From the human T2T-CHM13v2.0 reference genome, Homo sapiens, in the NCBI RefSeq assembly GCF_009914755.1, contig NC_060933.1: a stretch of 64,000 nt of DNA. One strand, 5' to 3'. The position numbers were made by a program, and so were the translations under genes. Within the stretch, counting starts at the first letter, position 1, and each line of letters begins with the position of its first letter. The notes below the pieces were generated by a model. It made no database searches. It was not told the origin of the DNA and saw nothing but the letters and a program-made list of their open reading frames with translations. Shown piece after piece: positions 54,440 to 64,000 of this stretch.

Positions 54440-55200
54440 TAATTTACCTTCCCTGAGTTCAGAAGATGGAGCTAAGAGTCTAGGGAGACCAAAGCAGTTA
54501 GAGTACATAGGACAGAGTTCAGAGAGGAGATGGTTACACAAACAGAGATCCTGGAGACCTGTCAGGGGTCTTCCTTGAGTACTCAGCAGTGAACTGATCA
54601 GCATATGTCTGTGAAGACACTACCCAAGGTCAGACAAGGAAACATAAAAATATTGAGGGAAGAGCACCTGATGCTTGCACAGGACAAGGAACAATGCCTA
54701 TTTCCACAAGACCGGAAAAACTCATACATCATGGAACACTGGGAAGAGCACTCAGAAGGTCTTGCCTCCAAGTAGTCAGAATAATTAGCCCTAGATGGAC
54801 CACTGCTGTGGACCCACCTAAAAAACAATAAAAGCAAGACCTGAAAGGATCAAACTCTTTCCAAGTACCTCCACTGCATCCCATAACAAAATTGAAGATT
54901 TATAGGAATACAAAAATATCCAGCTCCCAACCAAGTAAAATTCACAATGTCTGGCATCCAATCAAAGATTACCAGGCAGGCAAAGAAGCAGGAAAACATA
55001 GTCTATAATGAGGACAATAATCACACAATCAAAATCAAATCAGAACTGAGACAAATGTTAGAATTAGTAGATGAAGACACTGAAACTTATTATAATTATA
55101 TTCCATATTTCAGAAAGTTACAGACAGAAAATATAAAAATATTCAAATTAGATCTACATCTATGTACTCAAACAAAAATTTAAAATTTTCAAATTTTTAA
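54440..55200 (+). mobile_element. Old L1M 5' fragment
   Basis: aaaattcacaatgtctggcatccaatcaaagattaccaggca-type sequence; call by eye. Confidence 0.45.
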
Positions 55201-55204
55201 ATTA

Positions 55205-55510
55205 TTTTTATTTATTTATTTTTTTTTTTGAGACATAGTCTCACTGTCTCCCAGGCTGGAGTGCAGTGGCACAATCTCAGGTCACCGGAAGCTCCACCTC
55301 CCCGGGGTTCACGCCATTCTCCTGCCTCAGCCTCCCAAGTAGCTGGGACTACAGGCGCCCGCCACCACGCCCAGCTAATTTTTTGTATTTTTAGTAGAGA
55401 CGGGGTTTCACCGTGTTAGCCAGGATGGTCTCGATCTCCTGACCTCATGATCCGCCCACCTCGGCCTCCCAAAGTGCTGGGATTACAGGTGTAAGTCACT
55501 GTGCCTGGCC
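55205..55510 (-). mobile_element. AluY
   Basis: Reverse Alu with Y diagnostics. Confidence 0.9.
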
Positions 55511-55649
55511 AGGATCCCTTTCTTAGAAGGCAGGAAACTGAGATCCAAGGCTGCCCAGCTAGCAAGAACCAAGATTCTCCTGGGTCTGTGTGGCTTCTTC
55601 ATTGGTGTGCTTTCCCCTACTTTTTGCTGCCCCATCTGGAAAGACCTGA

Positions 55650-55977
<328 letters not shown>

Positions 55978-56720
55978 TGGTGCTGGGCTTTAGGGGTGAA
56001 CTGAAGACCACCAGTTCCGGAGTATGAGATCTTGACTTTTTCTAGAAATATTAGAATGGTTGCATCTGAGACTTCATTTATTTCCCTCTAAATTATTCAG
56101 GTGATTTCTTCCATGTGGCTATTCTTTCAACAATGATCTGCATTTGGCTGTAGCAGAAGTCCATGAGCAGTGGCTTTAAAAAATTAGGGGTTCTATTTTT
56201 TTACTTTAATGAAATGTCCCAAGGTAGGAAGTCAAGGCTGGCTGGCTTGGGATCCGTGATGCTCCAGCCCTTTTTCTCTCAGCCATTTGGTAGGTGCTCT
56301 TGTCAGCACGTAGTCACAGGATGGCTGTCCCATATAGGCATCCTGTCCATGATCCCGGCAAAGGGAAAGGGAAGGGTCAAGACTGGTCCCAGGGGCACAT
56401 GCCCACTTTTAAGCAGCTTCCTAAAAGCCCACCTGACTGGATTCTACTTCTGCTTCCATTGCACACCTGGTTACTCCCAATGTCAAGGGAAGCAGGAAAT
56501 GAATGTAGTATTTTTAGCTGCCCACATTGGTTCCCCCAAAGAATCAGAGTTCTTTGGGTAGAAAAGTGGTGAAAAACGGGTAGTGGGCTGGCAACCAGCA
56601 GTGTCTGCCAGGCCTGGGGCCTCCCTGCCTCAGGGTGGAAGCCCGGGCAGAGCAGAACCTGTGGGCTGGAGGGCCTCCCTGCAGGGCTTGCCTAAGTGTG
56701 TGTTAGTGCTCCCTTGGCAG

Positions 56721-57368
56721 GACACAGAGAGGCTCATCAGACCTGTCCACCAGCACCACCAGCACAAGGACCATGATCAAAACCATCGGAAACTGCCTGA
56801 TCAGCGGCATCCACAGCCGCAGCCACATGGTTACCTCAAAGCAGGAGCTGGAGCATGCCTCCGAGTTGGAGAGGCTGCAGTGGGTGGCCTGGGACCTCGC
56901 AGTCCCCCGCCAGCTCTGCCACCAGATGCTGAGGCTCCTGCAGCAGCACCAGAATGCGATACAGTTTCTGCGAGAAAGGACAAAAAGTTCAGGACGGAGA
57001 TGAAGAGGCTCATGCACGATGGCATGGTCCCCCAGGTCCCTGAAAAGGACAACATGTCTATCAGGCACTAATTTCAAGAGCTCATTAAAGGAATAGATAT
57101 TGCTGACTTGGTCCTGCCTGAGTTAGCCCAGGCGCTGGCCACCGTGGCCAGGCTGCCCGAGGCCTGCAGGATGGGCAGGGCCACGCAGAGCGAACTGTTG
57201 GAACAAACGCTCCAGGAGATTTTATGCAAGTCAGAGTTGGGCTTGCTGCCAAAACCGAACAAAGAGGCAAAGCTTCCTGGGGACCCATGTTATTCCTCCT
57301 CCACTTCCTCCACTGGTGTGTTCTCCACACAAGGAAGTGGGCTTAAGTCTAGGGAATCAACAGCGTAA
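56721..57368 (+). pseudogene. TRIM pseudogene exon 4: coiled coil, COS-like box and tail
   Basis: cccttggcag|DTERLI(fs)DLSTSTTSTRTMIKTIG...LLQQHQNAIQFLRE(fs)DKKFRTEMKRLM...DNMSIRH*FQELIKGIDI...RESTA*. Confidence 0.75.
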
Positions 57369-58115
57369 AGTCATATTTTGGCCTCAAAATGTCAAAAACT
57401 TTGATCATTTTGCCTGTAATTTGAAAGTTGCTAGACTTCACTTCTTAAAAAGAAAAAAAAAAAAAAACTTTCCACATTGTGATCTCTCTCTTGATTTGGG
57501 TTATTCTGCTGCTAATTAATCATCCAAAGTTTTTTTTTTTTTCCATTTTTAATGGAAACCTGCTTTAAAAGCTTGTTGCTGAAAGCTAACATAGGAGGGC
57601 TTTAACTAGTGGGAGATGCTGAGCTTGGCTGGGCTGGAGGTGGTGCAGGAGGTGAGTTCTTGGCACAACTGAACAGAACAGCATCGTGCTCTGATGACTT
57701 ACTGTGCAATTTCAGCTCAATTGAGCTTCAAATACTAGACATTACAACGGCAATGACTCCACAGAAATGAAGCCTTGGTTAGCTCTTGTCCATGGATTTT
57801 GTTCTTTTTCCTTCACAACAGTCCTAACTACAGTTTATTAAATGCTTACCATAGACTACTATGCACCCTTTATATTAATGAGTTAATTTAATTCTCAAAA
57901 TAACTAAAAGAGCTGAGAATTATTATCTCCACCTTATAGGTGGACACTCAGGGTCAAAAAATGTAAATAACTGGTTTAGGATCACATATTTACTTAAACA
58001 GTGAGCCGTAAAACAAATTCAAGTCCATCTGGGTGAGGCCTGACTTCTTGTAGGATATTCCTAAGTCTCTGAAAGCAGTACTGATTTGGAAACATCACCT
58101 TAAAGAACACTGCTG

Positions 58116-58410
<295 letters not shown>

Positions 58411-58894
58411 CCACTATTACAATTCTCCAGAAGTTCACTCACTCTTCTTTCCAGTCCACTAGTTTTTATTAAACATTTATCTTAAAATTCAGTGTTTATG
58501 AATTACTTTGTGAATGTCTATTATGACAAGCACTGAGTTTAATGCTTTACATACATTACGTTATGAGAACTCCATTCCACCTGAGGAGGTAAGCATTAGA
58601 GTGCCTAGTGCCGAACGAACAGACAGATGAACTGAGGTGAAAGGAGATCAGCAGTTTGTCGAAAATCGCAAATAGCATGGTAGAAATGTGGGTTCTAGAT
58701 GTTACTCTCAAGCCAGTCCTCCTCCTAACCACTTTATTAGTAACATCTCTGGTTGCATGTGACAGAAATTCCATCCAGCTCCAGGTGAGAAAAGAGGGAA
58801 ATGTACAGCTTCTGATGCTCAACGGGGAAGGGATGGAGTGTCCTTGAGGATGCCTGGATGTGGGGACTCAGCTGCTATCATGACCTCTTTCTCT

Positions 58895-59206
58895 GTTTTT
58901 TGTCTCTTTTTCTTTTTTCTTTTTGAGACAGAGTCTTGCTCTGTCACCCAGGCTGGAGTGCAGTGGCACCAATCAGCTCACTGCAACCTCCGCCTCCTGG
59001 GTTCAAGCGATTCATTCTCCTGCCTCAGCCTGCCAAGTAGCTGGGACTACAGGCGCCCGCCACCACACTTGGCTAATTTTTGTATTTTTAGTAGAGACGG
59101 GGTTTCACCATATTGGCCAGGCTGGTCTCAAGCTCCTGACCTTGTGATCCGCCCGCCTCAGCCTCCAAAGTGCTGGAATTACAGGCGTGAGCCACCGCGC
59201 CCAGCC
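58895..59206 (-). mobile_element. AluS
   Basis: Reverse dimeric Alu. Confidence 0.9.
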
Positions 59207-60089
59207 TTGACTCTGTTTCTTGACTCTTGCTTTGCTTTTTCTGCTGTGGACTGACTTCTTCTCACATGTCATTACAGCTTGGGATCTGCAGCTAAGAGGA
59301 CTTCCTTCTCCCAGTCCATGTTTACATTTCCAGGAAGGGACACTGGCCTTATTGAGGTACTGTCCCCTTATAGGACTTACCAGTGTGTGTTACCCACTCA
59401 CCTCTGTGGTTAAGGTACTGTGATTAACAGCTGAGACCACAACCCCACAACTAAAGTGGGGCAGGAGCTGTATTTCAAAAGAAGAGGCATGCTTCCAGGC
59501 CAGAGGACACAAATTTAGATGACTTCAGGGGCCAGGCTTGTAGTAAGAATGAAGCAGGCTCAATGGGGACTGTGACAAATAGCAGAGCCCACGCTGCACA
59601 TAAAGAAAATATTGTCATGTTGGAATGTAGGCTGAGTGTAGCCAGAGATGCCAATTTTTTCTGAGAGAAGCAAGAAATCTAGATTTTTTTTTTCCTGTTA
59701 AATGTCTTGATTCTTTTGCATGCTGTCAGCTAGTTAAAAATAGCTTTAAAACATTGCGTGGGTATAAGAAGGCACTTCTGTGAACCAGATGTGACCCCCA
59801 GGCCATCACCAGTTTGCAAACCCCTGGTTGTAGGTAGAAAATATAATAAATGTCCACTCCACCCCGGGAATGCTCCCTGGGGAGATTCACTATGCCTGGA
59901 GCCTCCAGCTGTGGGTTTTCTCTCTTTCTGCTGTAACTCTTCAAAAGGCAGCTCTTCTGAGCACACAGAAAATGGGAGGCTCCTAGGTGAGGTTTTGGAA
60001 GGCACTATCCAGACATCACCCTCATGGTCAACACATCCACCATGCTCTGTGCTAAGACAGACCTGGGTTGACTGTTGCAGAAGACCCAG

Positions 60090-60586
60090 CGTATTAGGCA
60101 GGGTTCACCAGAGAAACAAAGCCAAGAGGAGATATATCCAGATATAAACAGATTTATTATGAGGAATTGGCTTGTGTGATTTATGGAGGTTGAGAAATCC
60201 CACAGTCTACCATCTGCAAGCTGGTGACCCAGGAAAGCTAGCTGGTGGTGTGGTTCAAAGGCCTGAGAACTTGAGAGCTGATGGTGTAGATTCCAGTCTG
60301 AGTCTGAAGGCCTGAGAGCCAGGAGCACTGAGACCAGGAGAAGATCAATATTCCAGCTGAAATAGGTGGTGCAAATTCAACCCTCCTCCACCTTTTTGTT
60401 CCATTTGGGCTTTCAATGGATTGGATGCTGCCCACCCACACTGGGGAGGGCCACTTGCTTTCCTCAGTCCACCAATTCAAATGCTGCTGCCTTCCAGACA
60501 CCCTCAAAGACACACGTGGAAATAATGCTTGGCCACATATCTGGGCACCCTGAGGTTCAGTCAAGCGGACACATAAAACTATCACA
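60090..60586 (-). mobile_element. MLT2-family ERVL LTR
   Basis: gtattaggcagggttcaccagagaaac...gatttattatgaggaattggct... Confidence 0.75.
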
Positions 60587-61156
60587 TTCAGGAATAAGAG
60601 CAGGAAGTCTAACCTGTGAATAGTTGGGAGACCAAGAGGCAAACTCATCTTTGCAACACCATGTGATGAGTGTAGGGCCGGAGGAGAGCAGCTACACAAA
60701 GGCAGAGCACTAAATCTCTCCTAGAGAAAGGGGCTTAGGGAGGGTGAAGGTCACAATTTCCAGGAGTATGTGTTTGCTTTACCTTAGTTGTCTTGGTTAC
60801 AAGGAAAACAGACTCATTTGTCCAGTTGCAGAAAGGTAGAGGGAGGGTTCTGTCCTAAGGCTGCATGGAGACAGATAGACAGGTAGAGTGGCAATCATGA
60901 GATGGCAAGGCCTCTGGGACACGGGCCTTAGGGACAAGGGGCCTCTGGCTGTGGTTTGGAGTTTGGCTACTCTAGGAACCTCAGCTGCAGGATTTTGGTC
61001 TACTCACTACTCAGCATCTCTGCCCAGTTTTCTCCTGGGCCCAGTCAGCTGCTTCTCCCTCAACTTATTCATACTTTCTGTGAGTCCTGACTTTCATGAG
61101 CTAGGCTCCCCTTGTGGCCACTCCTTTTATTTGTGTCCTTCAAGCTCAGCCTCCAC

Positions 61157-61471
61157 TTTTTTTTTTTTCAGGTGGAGTCTCCCTCTCTCGCCTAGGCTGG
61201 AGTGCAGTCGTGTGATCTCAGCTCACTGCGCTCACTGCAACCCTCTGCCTCCTGCGCCCAAGTGATTCTTGTGCCTCAGCCTCCTGAGTAGCTGGGACTA
61301 CAGGCATTTGCCACCTTGGCTGGCTAATTTTTTTTTTTTTAAGTAAAGGTGGGATTTCATCACATTGCACCATGTTGCCCAGGCTGGTCTCAAACTCCTA
61401 AGCTCAGGCAATCTGTCTGCCTCAGCCTCCCAAAGTGCTAGGATTACAAGCATGAGCCACCGCGCCTGGCC
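61157..61471 (-). mobile_element. Alu (J/S)
   Basis: Reverse Alu with small internal duplications. Confidence 0.87.
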
Positions 61472-62737
61472 ATCTCTTCACTTTTAATTCTACGCTTCGA
61501 GAGATATTTACTGGGTACCTACTGCGTTTGCCAGGCCCTGTTCTAGAATGTAAAATACAGTAGTGAAAACATGCCAGACAAGTTCCTCGCCCTCATGGGG
61601 GTAGAACATCAATAAAACAAGCAAGATGGAGCCAGAGAGTGCCAAAATGTTACAGTGTTACAAAAACAGAGTGGTGAAATCTCATTAAAGATGGAGATTT
61701 ACACTGGGTGGCCAGCAAAGTCCTCCCTAAATAGGGGAGGTTCAAGTGCCATCTGGGTGACAAGGACCAGCCAGACGAAGATGGGACAAGCATGCCAGGT
61801 GACCTGAGCAGTGGCAGGAGTGGTGAATGGAGAGGGAGGCCCAGGCTGGACACGGGAGCAAGCTCGGACTTGAACCCAAGGAATACCATGCGCTGCTTTG
61901 CTCTGCAAGCAGGTTGTTCTGTTTGACCCCAGACAAACAGCGAAATGCATGCTCTTCCTAACCCTTGCCAAATAATGATCATTAATGACAACCAGGCTGT
62001 TTATCACTCAGCAATCCCAAATCACTTTCCTAGGTATGATCTAGCTGAAATACGGAGTCTCTATCCAAAGGAACTCCGTTCCTAGGAAACGGAGTTGCTG
62101 GACATTCACTCATGTTTGTTCTGTTCCAAAGGCTGCATGTTCTCTCCACAAAATGCCTACATGCATGTCTACCACATCGGGCCAGCTTCCGGCAGAAGTA
62201 TACCCAAATTTCAGGGGCTTACATGAGATGGAAGTCATGTCTTTCTCACTTAAAGTCCAAGCTTGTGTAGAGGGTGCCCTGTGATGCTACCAGGGGACTC
62301 AGGTTAGCTCTTCACTGCTGCTTGCAACTGGTGGACATAGTGGCTCTCCACCACACCCCAATCACATCCAAGTAGCTAGAAATCAGAAAGCGGGAGACAG
62401 AGGGAATCCAGAACCCCCTTCCATCCTGCTCACAGCTCACCAGCCAGAACTTAGTCACACAGGTACAGTCAGGGAGTAATTTAAGTCTACCATCACCAAA
62501 AAACTGGGTTTCTGTTTATTATAGAAAAAGGAGACATTGGATATTGGGGAACAACTATCGGTCACTGGCATGGCTTTTATTTTTATATTTTTTCCTAGTT
62601 ATGAAAGCAATACATACTACCAGGAATCCAGATATATATATAAAGAAAATAAAGGTTAGGAGTAATTCCAGATCTAACTGTTGTTATAAGACAAACAAAT
62701 TTTTTGTAACCTTACTTCTCACTTAATAGTATATCCT

Positions 62738-63032
62738 GGCTGGGCACTGTGGCTCATGCCTGTAATCCCAGCACTTTGGGAGGCCGAGGTGGGTGGATCA
62801 CGAGGTCAGGAATTCAAGACCAGCCTGGCCAAGATGGTGAAACCCTGTCTCTACTAAAAATACAAAAATTAGCTGGGAATGGTGGCAGGAGCCTGTAATC
62901 CCAGCTACTCAGGAAGCTGAGGCAGGGTATTGCTTGAACCCGGGAGGCAAACGTTGCAGTGAGCCGAGATCGTGCCACTGCACTCCAGCCTGGACGACAG
63001 AGCAAGACTCTGTCTCAAAAAAAAAAAAAAAA
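62738..63032 (+). mobile_element. AluS
   Basis: TSD aatagtatatcct. Confidence 0.92.
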
Positions 63033-63092
63033 ATAGTATATCCTGATAATCTTCCCGTATCAATAAACATAGATCTACATTACTATGAGAAC

Positions 63093-63303
<211 letters not shown>

Positions 63304-63406
63304 TGAATTTTATTTCCCCTGTTGTTTACAAATGCTTTGATTTGACTTGTAGATATTTGTCAACCATTAGTATCTTGGTTCTATTGAAGGAGTAAGAACA
63401 TTTTAA

Positions 63407-63787
<381 letters not shown>

Positions 63788-64000
63788 TGATTTGAGGCTA
63801 CTATAAACAAGATGATGAACAGCCTGTGGAGGATCTTTGTATGTTTGTCCTGTTATTTTCTAGGCATAAATTCCTAGCAGTGGCAAAATGCTGGATTAAG
63901 GAACACTTTCAAAGATTCCGATTCTTGCTGCCAAATTGGCCCCTAGACTTGCAGAAATTTATACTAATGCCTCCAATGTTTCCTTCTACAATGCCACTGA

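Noticed and set aside
56583-57071. 162-aa His/Pro-rich ORF as an independent gene
   Set aside because: Explained as intron sequence plus TRIM exon 4 read partly out of frame between two frameshifts

Overview
Human (primate) genomic DNA. The first 9.6 kb holds the last three coding exons and 3'UTR of PTPDC1 on +, recognised from the C-terminal peptide; from prior knowledge this is 9q22.32, upstream of the let-7a-1/7f-1/7d cluster, which is not in the window. From about 12 to 39 kb is a dense nested retroelement block: a full-length L1HS pre-Ta on - (intact ORF1 and ORF0, ORF2 disabled by four lesions, 16-bp TSD, interrupted poly-A tail) inside an MST-type MaLR provirus, plus a second MST provirus, MER41A, MER50-like and MLT LTRs, old L1M fragments and many Alus. 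The main discovery is at 48060-57368 (+): a four-exon, intron-containing decayed TRIM gene with RING, B-box2, coiled-coil and COS-like regions (MuRF/MID1-related). It is invisible as a single ORF, keeps GT-AG phase-0 junctions and looks like a unitary pseudogene. A weaker candidate for a second decayed gene lies at 39751-41659. Repeat subfamily names are by eye, and repeat boundaries are approximate unless a TSD is quoted.
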